Source of the DNA: Podospora anserina
Lineage: Eukaryota
DNA length: 64,000 nucleotides
Direction: 5' to 3'
Assembly (NCBI GenBank): GCA_017654855.1
Contig: CM030334.1
Span: 1,736,001 to 1,800,000 of the forward strand
The translations under genes were made by a program, and so were the position numbers. The notes under the pieces are model-generated. The model was not told the origin of the DNA. It worked only from the letters and a program-made list of their open reading frames with translations, and did not search any database. Position 1 is the stretch's first letter. Each line of letters starts with the position of its first letter. Of this stretch, positions 12,490-23,587 are shown one piece after another.

Positions 12490-14963
12490 ATGGCGCCCTC
12501 GGCAATGGAAGGGGTTGTCAGCACACGAGATGCCTGGATGACCCTCCCACCACCGACATTGCACCCGGTCAAGGAAGCCAGATTCGAGAAATACCTAGAG
12601 CCACAAACAGACGGCCGCAAGCGCGCCCTAGCCTTGCCTCAAGGGCAGGCCGCGATTGTCATTGATAATGGTATGCCAGCTTGCTTTGCTGTCCCCAACA
12701 TCAAGACCAAGATTGCTTACATGTCAATTGTTGTTTTTTTCGTAGGCTCCTACAATGTCCGCGCAGGCTGGTCCTTCGAGGACAAACCCCGATTGTCCAT
12801 CCCCCCGATCATGTCCAAGTACCGAGATCGCAAGTTAGCCAAGACCTTTTCGTTCGCCGGCCAGGACTGCTACGCCGACACCACTGCGAGGGGACATATC
12901 CGCAATGCGTTCGAGGCCGGGACTGGCATCGTAAGCAACTGGGATGTGATGGAGCATGTTTTGGACCACATCTTCATCAAGCTTGGCATGAATGGGGTGG
13001 AGGGCGGGATTGATATGCCTATTGTTATGACGGAAGCTGTCGCCAACTTTCCATACTCGAGGAAATGTTTGTGTTTTCCCCCCTTCTATCTTGATACTGT
13101 TGTTGTGCTGACACTTTCCAGCCATGGCTGAAATCATCTTTGAGTGCTACCAAGCACCAAGTCTCGTCACTGGCATCGACTCTCTCTTCTCATACCGCCA
13201 CAACAAGGGCGACACAGGCCTCGTCGTATCCTCATCATACAGCTCAACACATCTCATTCCTATCTACAACCAAAAACCCATGCTAGCTCAAGCTACGAGG
13301 TTGAACTGGGGCGGCTGGCACGAGGCGGAATACCTTCTCAAGCTCATCAAGCTGAAGTACCACACCGGTTTCCCCGGGAAGCTGAACGCCTCCCAGGCTG
13401 AGCAAATGGTGCGGGACTTTTGCTACGTATCTCCAGACTACGACAAGGAACTCTCGGGGTACCTAGAATGGACCGGCCTGGAGGACAGAGAACGCATTGT
13501 GCAATATCCTTACACCGAAGAGGTCATTATTCAGAAATCGGAAGAGGAACTTGCACGGATCGCTGAGCGCAAGAAGGAAAGCGGCCGCAGACTACAGGAG
13601 CAAGCCGCCAAGATGCGCCTCGAGCGGCTGATGAAGAAGGAAGAGGAGCTGGAATACTACAAGGATGTTCAGAGGCGGCTGGTTGACCAGACCAAGAAGG
13701 AGACGAAGCGGATCCTCGATGATGCTGAAGTCAAGGACGAGGCACAGCTCGAGAAGATTATCAAGGAGCTGGAAAAGACAATCAGGAAGCAGCGGACAAA
13801 GGACCTGGGTGAACCAGAGGAGGAGCAGGAAGCCCCTGATTTTAGCCTTCTAGACGTGCCGGATGACCAGCTCGACGAGGCGGGGATCAAGCAAAAGAGG
13901 CAGCAACGGCTGCTGAAGTCCAACCACGATGCGAGGGCGAGGGCCAGGGCGGAGAAGGAAGCTGAAAAGGCGAGGATAGCAGAGGAGGCGAGGTTGGACG
14001 AGGAGAGGAGAACGAATGATCTCGAGGCGTGGCTGGAAGACAAGAGGCAGGCGAGGTTGGCGAAGCTGGCGCAGATCAAGGAACGGGATCGGCTGAAGGC
14101 TGATTTGGGCAATCGCAAGTCGCTCGCCAGCCAAATACGCATGAAGAACATTGCCAACCTGGCCTCGGACACACCTACGGGCGGGAGCCGCAAGCGGAGG
14201 CGCGGAGGGGATGATGATGACTTTGGGGCGGATGATGCTGACTGGGGTGTTTACCGGTCGGTGGCTATCGGCGCCAACAAGGGGGACTCTGACGACGACG
14301 AGGAGGGGGAAGAAGATTTGGAGGCTGCGGTGAGGGCGCTGGAGGCGGACTTGCTGGAGTATGACAAGGATTTTACCTACGAGAACACGCTTGAGGCGCA
14401 GAACGACTGGTCCAAGAGTCTGCTGCATGCGTTTCGGTATGGGCCGAGACCGTTTGATCCTTCTAATCCGGCCGAGACGCACAGGCTGCATCTTAATGTG
14501 GAACGGATAAGGGTGCCGGAGGTGATTTTTCAGCCGAGCGCGATCGCGGGGGTTGATCAAGCGGGCATTGTGGAGATTGCGGGGGATATTTTGAATCAGA
14601 GGTTGATGGGGTTGGGAGGGGAGGAGTATAGGGATGAGGTTCTGAGGGATGTTTTCCTTACGGGGGGGAATACGTTGTTTGAGAACTTTGACGAGAGGTT
14701 GAGGAGGGGATTGATTGGGTTGTTGCCTGCGGGGAGTGAGTTGAGGGTTAGGAGGGCGGGGGATGCGGTGCTGGATGCTTGGAGGGGGGCGGCGGGGTGG
14801 GCGGGGACGGGGGAGTGCAGGAGGGCGAGGGTGACGAGGCAGGAGTATGAGGAGAAAGGGGGGGAGTATATGAAGGTGAGATTGCCCTTGACATTAGTGG
14901 GAGAGAGAGATGTGCTAACAAGTGATATAGGAGCATGATTTGGGGAATGCCTTTGCTGGGTAG
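12490..14963 (+). CDS. ARP5: Actin-related protein 5, INO80 complex (introns 12671-12745, 13067-13121, 14876-14930)
   Basis: Actin-fold motifs IVIDNGSYNVRAGW, HLNVERIRVPEVIFQP and VFLTGGNT, the Arp5 charged insertion (RKKESGRRLQEQAAKMRLE), and C-terminal YMKEHDLGNA. Confidence 0.93.
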
Positions 14964-15269
14964 ATCAGTTTACACAGAGACATAGAAGGGAGAGAATGCA
15001 GGTGATCGTGGGACAGGAAAGGGCGTGATGGTTTCGGATGCCTGGAGGGTCTGCATAATGCGATAGGCATAGCAGTGTTATAAGATGTTTATTCTTGTAT
15101 TGTTCCAGTTTTGGGACTGTTGAAAATGTCCTTGCGAGAATTCTCTCGTGGTGTGAACACCTCATATGTCTGCTGCCCCTTCTACACCTAGACTTGGGAC
15201 TGCTAAGCATGGCTACTATCCTCTCATAAAACCCATCACATATCAACACACAATCCGCCCCGAACAACC

Positions 15270-15388
15270 ACATACGACCACAGACAGCTGAAAATACGGG
15301 ATCCCGTCCGCTCTCCCCTAGTCAAACAGCTGATCGCCAGACTAGTACTCAGGTGGGTGACCACTGGGGAATCCCTGGTGTTGTATGT
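15270..15388 (+). rRNA. 5S rRNA, dispersed copy of a divergent type (119 nt)
   Basis: Ends ACATACGAC...GTTGTATGT pair. Conserved CCCGTCCGCTC, TAGTA and GGTGGGTGACCAC blocks. T-run Pol III terminator directly after. Confidence 0.93.
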
Positions 15389-15868
15389 TTTTTGTTCTCC
15401 ATACCGGTGGATCTTTTTGTGGTGTTGGAGTCCTTGACTGACTCGAACATGTTGATCGGGTTAGGGTTGAATGTGAGGAGTGAGCTTGAGCACGGGCCAT
15501 ATCGATTGGAGAACCGGAAGCTCGGAGCTCTTTAAGCTCAAGCTTCGAGTTGGAAGTGAACAACGTCACTTTGTTGCTTTTTGAGCCTCAACTTTGTCTT
15601 TTTGAACCGGTCGACTGAAACGGAGCTGGTTGTACGGCATAATTGGGACTCAATCTCCGTTTTCAGAGAAGAGGCGTCGACTTGCTTGAGGAAACGGCAT
15701 TGACATCTGCGAAGAGCTGCCGCCAAGATCAAGCTTCACCACCACCACCACCACCACGTCAACACAGTTACAACACAACACATCCACATACCACCACCAA
15801 CTTTCATCCACACCCTACAACCACAACCACACATCCCAACCAGAAAAACGCGCAAGAAAGGAGCAGCA

Positions 15869-16093
15869 ATGGCAAAACAATACTTCTCCCCCTACGCCCC
15901 CCGCACCCCGCGCTCCCCCCGTCTAATCCTGATCTGGATCTCCTGCTTCCTCTTCCTCGTCTGGCTGACCTGGTTCCTGTCCGGGCGTTCCATGGACGAG
16001 AGGGTAGCTCGCACCAATTCCCGGCTTCAGTTCGGGAAGGAAGGCGAGGGGGATGATAGGAGTTGGCATGAGGCCAGGGATGAGCACAACTAA
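15869..16093 (+). CDS. Small putative single-pass membrane protein, 74 aa
   Basis: ATG in GCAATGG context after a CA-rich leader. One hydrophobic segment (LILIWISCFLFLVWLTWFL). Shows the C-to-G compositional gradient of neighbouring genes. Confidence 0.5.
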   Translation: MAKQYFSPYAPRTPRSPRLILIWISCFLFLVWLTWFLSGRSMDERVARTNSRLQFGKEGEGDDRSWHEARDEHN

Positions 16094-16834
16094 GAATTTA
16101 CCACCGCCACGACGAGTATTTGACTCACTTCACTTCATCATTTTACACTCTGCAACCTAAACTGTGGTGGGATGTGGCTGGATTGGATGGGGGAGCGGCG
16201 TGGGGGAGGGGGGATGAAATGGGATGTCAGGGGTGCTCAAAGGGGATTGGAAAAGGGTAGAGAGAGAGAGATTATGGAGGGGTGGTTACATGCTGGGAAA
16301 AGGGGGATATGTATATAATTAATTAATGGTGGATGGTGATGGACACGCAATTGAGTATCACTATGAGGTTGGGGGGGGGCGGGGGGGAAGGGGGTGGAAA
16401 GACAGAAAACAGGGAAGGGAAAAAAGAGGATATTGTGCCTATTCATGGTTAGTCGAGTCTCTGAACGAGTAGGTACCTGCTGCTCAAAACATCAACTGTC
16501 ATTCTTCATACTTTGGGCAAGAACTACATCTTGATCCCTCCGGTTTGTGACATGTTTCGCCTGACCACTCTCATCATCTCCCATTTACATCACCTCACCA
16601 TTTCAACACTCACAAGACAAACACAGCATTCAACACAAAACATATATACCTCTCTCCCTATCACACCCCCACCCCCAAAACAATATGTACAAACAACACA
16701 AACAACTCTGCAACAGGTAACCATTCTATTCGTCTTCCTGTCTCAACCTTGTACAACAAAAACACAACAACACACAACACATCTTTTCCACCCCCCAAAC
16801 CCATCCTGTAGGTATGCTTGCCTGCTCCAAACAT

Positions 16835-19429
16835 CTATACACCATACTCAATCTGTCCCATCGGCCTATCCTCCTCCATGCCCGGAGCCATAAAGTTCGT
16901 CCTGGGATCACCCGTCTCCTTGGCCGCCGAGCAGCGCGCCATCGTCGGGGAGCTATTTTTAATGTCAGCTTCATCAACCACACCAAAAAAAGAAGAAAAA
17001 AATAAGAAAAGAAAAACATACCTTCTAGAAATCACATCCGTAAAATAAAAGTTCTCCACCACCTTCCTCAACGGCTCCCCACTAACCTTCGCCCCCTTGT
17101 TCTGCTCCACAAGCTGCACCTTGCTCAGCTCCCTCAGCGCAACCGGCTCGACAACATCGTACGCCGCCAGCGCAGGAGAAATCTCCACCATCCTGTCCCT
17201 CAGCTGAGCCACGTCATCATACGGCAGCGGCGCCCCAAGGAACTCGCTCACCGCCCGGATGATCTTCCAGTCCGTCCTGCTGGCGCCCGGCAGGCCCGTC
17301 GCGGCCCTCGTCATCTGCGTGCGGCCCTCCGTGTTGACATAGGTGCCCGCCTTCTCCGTGTACGCCGCACCGGGCAGGACAACGTCCGCAATCTCGGCGC
17401 CCTTGTCACCATGATGGCCCTGGTAAACAATGAACGCGTCCTTGGGGACGTCGGCCGCGTCAAACTCGTCAGCACCCAAAAGCCAGACAAACTTGGGCTT
17501 GGTGTTGGCCACCTCCTCGTTGGGGACGACGAAGCCGACCTCAAAGGCGCCCGCGCGGGAAGCCTGGCGCTGGAGGACGTTGTAGCCGCTCCACTCCTCG
17601 GTCTGGAAGTTGCCGGCGTTCTTGTCGACGAAGCTGCCGACGACCTCGTAAAAGGCCTTGGCGTCGGGGTGCTCCGTGACACCAGAGCCAACAACAATCA
17701 TGGGCCGCTTGGCGGAAGCGAGCTTCTTGCCAAACTCGCCACTGAGAGCAGTCTTGAGGGCCTCAAGGTCCCGGCCGAGGTGGTCAAACTCAAAGGTAGA
17801 CTTCCACGTCTCGCCAACAACACCAATCTCAAGATCAGAGCGGAGCCATTGCTTCCTGATGCGGGCGTTCAAGACCGCAGCCTCATGTCTGGGGTTGGTG
17901 CCAACGAGAAGAACGCAGTCGGCAGACTCGATGCCCCAGATCTTGGAGTTGAAGAGGTAGTTGGACCGGACATCAACACCGTGAGCAATAGGCTGGCTGC
18001 CGCCGGGAATGTCGAGAGCGAGGTTATCCGAACCAAGCTTGTTGGCAAGATCCTTCATGGCGACCAAAGACTCAACCTCGGTCAGAGCGCCAGCAATAAC
18101 CTTGAACTCGTTCTCCTTGGGAGCCAGCGTCTGGTAAGCATGTGAAATCTCGGTAAGAGCCTGCTCCCAAGTAGCCGGCTCAAACTTGCCCTCCCTGCGC
18201 ACCAGAGGAATCGTCAACCTCTGCGTCTTGAGACCGTCGCAAGCAAAGCGAGTCTTGTCGTTGATCCACTCCTCGTTCACATCGTCATTCAAACGAGGCA
18301 AGATGCGCATGACCTCCAAACCCCTCGAGTCAACCCTGATGTTGGATCCCAACCCATCCAACACATCAATCGACTCGGTCTTCTTCAGCTCCCAAGGACG
18401 CGCCCGGAATGCGTACGGCTTCGAAGTCAGCGCACCGACAGGGCACAAATCAATAACGTTACCCGACATCTCCGAGTCCAAGTTCTGCTCGAGGTAAGTG
18501 CCAATCTGAATATCGTTGCCACGACCAGTCGAGCCCATCTCGGGGGCACCAGCAATGTCGTTGGAGAAGCGGATGCACCTCGTGCAGTGAATACACCTGT
18601 TCATGCTCGTCTTGATCAGAGGACCAATGTTCTTGTCCTCGACCGCGCGCTTGCCGCCAATCTCGTGAAACCGGCCACGATCAGCGCCGTAGCGCATCGA
18701 CTGATCCTGGAGATCGCACTCGCCTCCCTGGTCGCAGACGGGGCAGTCGAGGGGGTGGTTTGCGAGCAAGAACTCCATGACACCCTCGCGGGCCTTGTGT
18801 GTGAGGGGCGAGTTGGTCTTGACGACCATGCCGGGCTGGACGGGCCACGCGCACGAGGCGACGGGCTTGGGGGCGTTCTGGACTTCGACGAGGCACATGC
18901 GGCAGTTACCGGCGATCATGAGTTTCCTAGAGACACATATCTTATCAATATCGGTGTTGTTGTTGTTTGTTGTTGTTGACACCATTGGTGACATACTCAT
19001 GGTAGCAGTATCTGGTTTGAGGAATTCCATGTTAGCATCTCTCCCTTCCACTAGTCCGTGGACTTGAACATACCTGGGAACGGTCACACCCGCCTTCTCG
19101 CAAGCTTGAATGAGCGCGGAACCAGCTATTATTCACCCCCCCCAAGACCAAATCAGCAAAACCATCCCCCTTTGCCTATGAAACCTTTATCGCGAGGGAA
19201 AAGAAAGAGAGCTCGGCCTTTTCTTACCCTCAATCGAAACCTTCTTCCCATCTATTCACATCTCCAGCGTCAGCACTTGTCCCTTTGCATCCCAAAGACT
19301 GCGATCCTCACCAATGGTAAGCTCAACCTCAGCCGGCCTCACCGTCGTCGTAGAAAACGTCCTGTTGGCGACCAAGCTGGCTCTGGCCCGCGTCCGCCAA
19401 GCCGAGCGAGCCAATGTCTGCCTCAACAT
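16835..19429 (-). CDS. nuo78: NADH:ubiquinone oxidoreductase 75/78-kDa Fe-S subunit (introns 19311-19252, 19227-19126, 19073-19012, 18996-18927, 17021-16953)
   Basis: Mitochondrial presequence MLRQTLARSAW. Spliced [21 protein letters not shown], plus HPLDCPVCDQGGECDLQ, RCIHCTRC and DLCPVGAL Fe-S motifs. Confidence 0.96.
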
Positions 19430-20523
19430 TGTTGCGTATTTGCCCGTTCGATCTCGCCGGTAGTTGGGTATCGCTGTCTGTCGTCGAAGTTCGATCGGGG
19501 GGGGAGGGGGGGTGTTTCGTTTCTCGTTGCCGTCGGCGGGGGGGAGGGCGGCCAACTTGTTCCGTGATAACGAGGGGGGTCAAGAGCCGCAAGCTTACCT
19601 CGAGAGCTTCGTCGTTAGCAAGTGGCTCGTGCATTCAATCAACGAGGCAAGCCAAACTGCGGGTCCCCCACCCAACCTACCCAACCAATCACAACCACCC
19701 AATTCTAATCCCGCCCACCCATAAATGTCTTCCCCCACCAATTTCCTTTTTTTTTTCGCTTTTTCCTTTTCTTTTTTCTCTCCATATTGTACCAACGGTC
19801 ACTTATTGTAGGAGGGTACTGGTTAACTTCTTCCACGGAACTTCCTCCTCTATCATGTGCACCAAGAGAGAAAAAATATTATACTGGCTCCGTTTATGGA
19901 TGCAGGTGAGAGATTTCGTGTCTCGTTGAGCCATGGTTCTTACCGGCGGTTGCTACATTTTTGCCTGTGACTATTGTCCATTTTGATTTGTGTGCGAGTG
20001 AATGATTTTGGGCGGATTGAATGATCTCAAGATATCTTTTCGTGGTATTCTGATTTCGATGAGAGGGGGGACCCGTTTGTCTGAGGCCAGATGACCCGAG
20101 AGTGGCATTTCGTAGCTGTGGAGGGACCGTAATAGCTTCCCATAGACATCGACTTTTCAGTTCTCCCCATCCCGGGGGACTGATTGAATCGCGCGTGATG
20201 GTTCGGGAATGCTTCCTGGCATGGTGAATGGCACGGTGAACTGCATTTTGCAGAACACCAATCCATGATTTTACTCGGCGTGGCCTTAAAAAGACAACAT
20301 GAAACGTCCTCTGCTGCTGGTTAGTAAGACTTCCAGGTCAATATCATCACACGCTCAATTCTTTACAAGAATTACCAAAATTCTCTATAATCTCAAACAC
20401 AAGACTCGCCTGTCCAATATACAGTATTCATCCCACAAATCCCATCTCCCCTTATCCCAACATCGTTATATCTACACAAACCCTACAAATACCCCCACCC
20501 CTTTAACTCAACTACACAAACTC

Positions 20524-21864
20524 TCATCTACCTCCACACAACCTCCCCCCCCCCTCCCTCCCAAACCCTCGTTTCCCTTCCACCTCCCTCTTTCTCTCCT
20601 CCTCCTCCTCCCTCTCCCTCTCCCTCTCCTCCCTCACCTCCCTCCACTGCCGCTCCTGCGCCGCCCTCCTCGCCCTCGGACTCAAAGTCTCATACCCCTT
20701 CTTCTTCTCCCCTTCCCTCTCCTCCCCAACAACATTACTCGCATTAGCAAAGATCGTCGCCAAACAGTTCGAGTTCGGAGGCATCCCCTTTTTCTTGACA
20801 ACCCTCTTCTTGACAACCCTCTTCTTGCTTGAACTGCCAGTGCCTGGTGGTGGTGTTTCTGCCTCAGCACCACTAGCTGTCTCTATACTCGGTCTGCTCT
20901 TCTTCACCGGCGGCTGCTTTCCAACCGCTTCATCATCACCACTGTGCTGCGGAGATAAATCATCAGCCAACCGCTTCTGGGGGGGGTCGTTGCTGATGGA
21001 GAGGGATCCGAGTTTGTCCAGTCCCGTCGAAGAGCTAGAGATGGGCAGGTTGGGTCGGGTGGTTACCATCGTCGGTGTAGACAAGCTGGAAGGGCTAGGG
21101 ACAGCTGGAGTGGGAGAGATGGCGACAGGCTTGAGACTGGACGACTTTATCGATCTCTTCTTTTTGGTCGAGGATTCGGTAGGCAACATGTAGGTTTGTT
21201 TTCGGGGAAGACTGCTGTTGCCAGATTGGGGAGTGATGTTGGTGTGGTTCTGGATGGTTCTCTGAGGAGCTGGCATTGTTGAGTGGGGTGAGGCTGTCGC
21301 CGTTTCAAACGGTGATGAAGTCGTCTTTGCCGGCAAGGGGGATTGTTGTGTAGAAGATGTACCCTTTTTAGACGGCATGGAGGCCACTTTTGTCATCAAT
21401 GGACCTGGTGTTGTCAAGGGCAGGGTCTTCTTCGACCGAACCGAGGTTTGCTTTTGCGTCAACGAAGCCTGTGCCGCCGACGGTGAGGCTTTCTTTGACA
21501 GATGCGAGATTTGTTCCGGCATCAATGAAGCCTGTGCTGCCGAGGGTGTAGCTGTGCTTGACGAAAGCGAGGTTTCATCCTCTGTCAACGAAGTGATCTT
21601 TGACAATGGTGATGGTGACGGTACATGTTTTGATCGCAGCAACACCTGTCTCGGTGTGATCAAGCCCTGCTGTTTCGTGGCCGACGACTCCTGCTTCGCC
21701 AGTTCCGAAAATGTCTTTGCCAAGTCCAAATCTTTCTCCTCCCCCGAAGCCAAAGGTGTCCCAGACACATCCAATGAGTGATCTCCCGATCCACGGTGTC
21801 TCTTATCGCTCCCAACAGCATCCCCGGAAACCCGGACGCCGTCAACAGTTGAACCCGTCGCCTT
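20524..21864 (-). CDS. 446-codon Ser/Thr/Pro-rich ORF in frame with, and immediately after, the TAG of the 21865-22500 gene (candidate readthrough/edited extension)
   Basis: GCT TAG AAG GCG ACG... has no stop until TGA at 20524. First ATG only at 21522. Internal in-frame repeats (PSAAQASL x2, KKRVV x2). Confidence 0.6.
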   Translation of the reverse strand, partial: KATGSTVDGVRVSGDAVGSDKRHRGSGDHSLDVSGTPLASGEEKDLDLAKTFSELAKQESSATKQQGLITPRQVLLRSKHVPSPSPLSKITSLTEDETSLSSSTATPSAAQASLMPEQISHLSKKASPSAAQASLTQKQTSVRSKKTLPLTTPGPLMTKVASMPSKKGTSSTQQSPLPAKTTSSPFETATASPHSTMPAPQRTIQNHTNITPQSGNSSLPRKQTYMLPTESSTKKKRSIKSSSLKPVAISPTPAVPSPSSLSTPTMVTTRPNLPISSSSTGLDKLGSLSISNDPPQKRLADDLSPQHSGDDEAVGKQPPVKKSRPSIETASGAEAETPPPGTGSSSKKRVVKKRVVKKKGMPPNSNCLATIFANASNVVGEEREGEKKKGYETLSPRARRAAQERQWREVREEREREREEEEERKREVEGKRGFGREGGGRLCGGR

Positions 21865-22500
21865 CTAAGCACCCATCCTCTCCTCCGGCCTGACCTCAAA
21901 CTCCCTCATCTTCTCCACCTCCTTCTCCACATACACCGCATACTTGTCCCTGATGCCATTCATCGCATTCTCAAAGCTGTCCAGCTCGCTGATCGAACTC
22001 TCAATCAAAAACATCAAGTCCCTCACCGTCTTCTCCCTCACCGGCAACGGCTTGTCCGCCGGCTCCGGCCTGATAGCCTGCTTCAACGGCAGCACAGCTT
22101 CCGACTTGACATTGTAATCCTTATTCGGATCAGCCGGGGCGCTCACACTCGCCAAGAAGGAATCCTCCTCCTGCGGCGTGAGAGCAGGGCGGTAGTCCTG
22201 ACCGAGCTGATTCTCGGCCTCTTCAGCCTCGTTGATAAGCCGCTGTTTCTCGCGATCAAACATGTAGTACAGATTCTCTCTCGACCCCTGGCGGTGAAAC
22301 TCGATACTTTTGAGAATGTGCTCCAGACGCTGCATCCGGCCCTGCAGGGGTGTCGCTGTGGTGAGGTCGAAACTGACGGGGACGAACATGTGACCAGCTA
22401 CGTTCCTAAGCGGGGGGATCTTCTCCTTCTCCTCTTTGACAGGCGGCTTGAAGGAGCGGTCGAGGTCCATCAGATCTCCGAGGTCGAAGGAGCCCTCCAT
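21865..22500 (-). CDS. Hypothetical protein, 211 aa
   Basis: Intronless ORF with coding-like codon usage and a predicted helical/coiled-coil character. Family not recognised. Confidence 0.75.
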   Translation of the reverse strand: MEGSFDLGDLMDLDRSFKPPVKEEKEKIPPLRNVAGHMFVPVSFDLTTATPLQGRMQRLEHILKSIEFHRQGSRENLYYMFDREKQRLINEAEEAENQLGQDYRPALTPQEEDSFLASVSAPADPNKDYNVKSEAVLPLKQAIRPEPADKPLPVREKTVRDLMFLIESSISELDSFENAMNGIRDKYAVYVEKEVEKMREFEVRPEERMGA

Positions 22501-23587
22501 GATGGATGATGAGGTGGTTGCAGAGTCGAGTCAAGTCGAGTCGAATAATATTTTGACAGGCTTTCTTGAGAAGGGAATGCTACATATACCGGCTTTTCTG
22601 GTGACTCGGTTACTAAAAAGTACAAACAGCTTTAAATGCGGCGTATCATAATTACCTCGGCAATGGTTTGTTTCTGCGGTTGCTGTTGTTGGAAAACGGA
22701 GTGTGTGATCTTGTGAAGTCGAGAGAGAAGCTTTGATATTTGCCCCGCCACAAGACAACATCAACGACACGCCTAGTGACCCCGCCACTTCACCGCAACT
22801 CGGCGGAAGGAGCGATGTGAAATATGCAGAGGAGGGTTCAGTGGCTGACTGGGCTGTGGAAGGCTTTTTTTCTTTCTTTCTTTCTTTTTTTTTTTTTGTA
22901 ATTTTTTTTAATTTTTTTTTAATTTTTTTTTGCAACAATTGTAAGTGCTCATATTCAAGGTTAGAGATTGACGTCTTGGCCGCATCTCGCCCTCAATGCT
23001 CGAGGTTGACTAGGTTGGTTTTGTATCTTCCGTCTTTGTGTCTACAACTAATCGTCTTGTGATATTCGTACAAACACCCGTTGATAACAAATTCGTTTGT
23101 ACCGTGCTAGGAGGCCAGGCTTATCAAGATCGGATGAGGCAGGCGAATATATGTCATATCCTGTGTTCTACGTTGACATTTGAACTACTATAAAATCAAG
23201 ACCATGGATATCCCAACAGGTCTTCCCGAAATGAGCTCAGTCATGGTTTTGTCGTGATCCCAGAAAGCTGGCAGTTGACCTTTCATTTCATGTAGACACC
23301 CTCAACCAATTGTCTACGTTAAACTTACAAATGTACTCTTACAGTATCACTTCAACGTTCATGTGTTTACACATACCTTGAGCACTTGAACAAACACATA
23401 CAAGTCAATGAAGCCCTCACGACACATCAAATCACATCAACATCATCCAACACGGAACTCACCCTGAACCGCACAACTGAGATCAAGCACCACTGTCAGC
23501 AAAATAACAAATACGTGATATTAACAAAGTCCATCAGAACAAGGAAAGGGTAAAGCACCTTTATGTCCGTTGGCCACCCTTCAGAAT

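Noticed and set aside
16655-16837. About 58-codon in-frame tail after the nuo78 TAG
   Set aside because: GT-rich low-complexity 3' UTR with no coding features; treated as the chance background for tail length.
22740-22931. GC-rich stretch followed by long T-runs, considered as a Pol III ncRNA (SRP, RNase P, tRNA)
   Set aside because: No recognisable A/B boxes or family motifs; more likely a promoter poly(dA:dT) tract.
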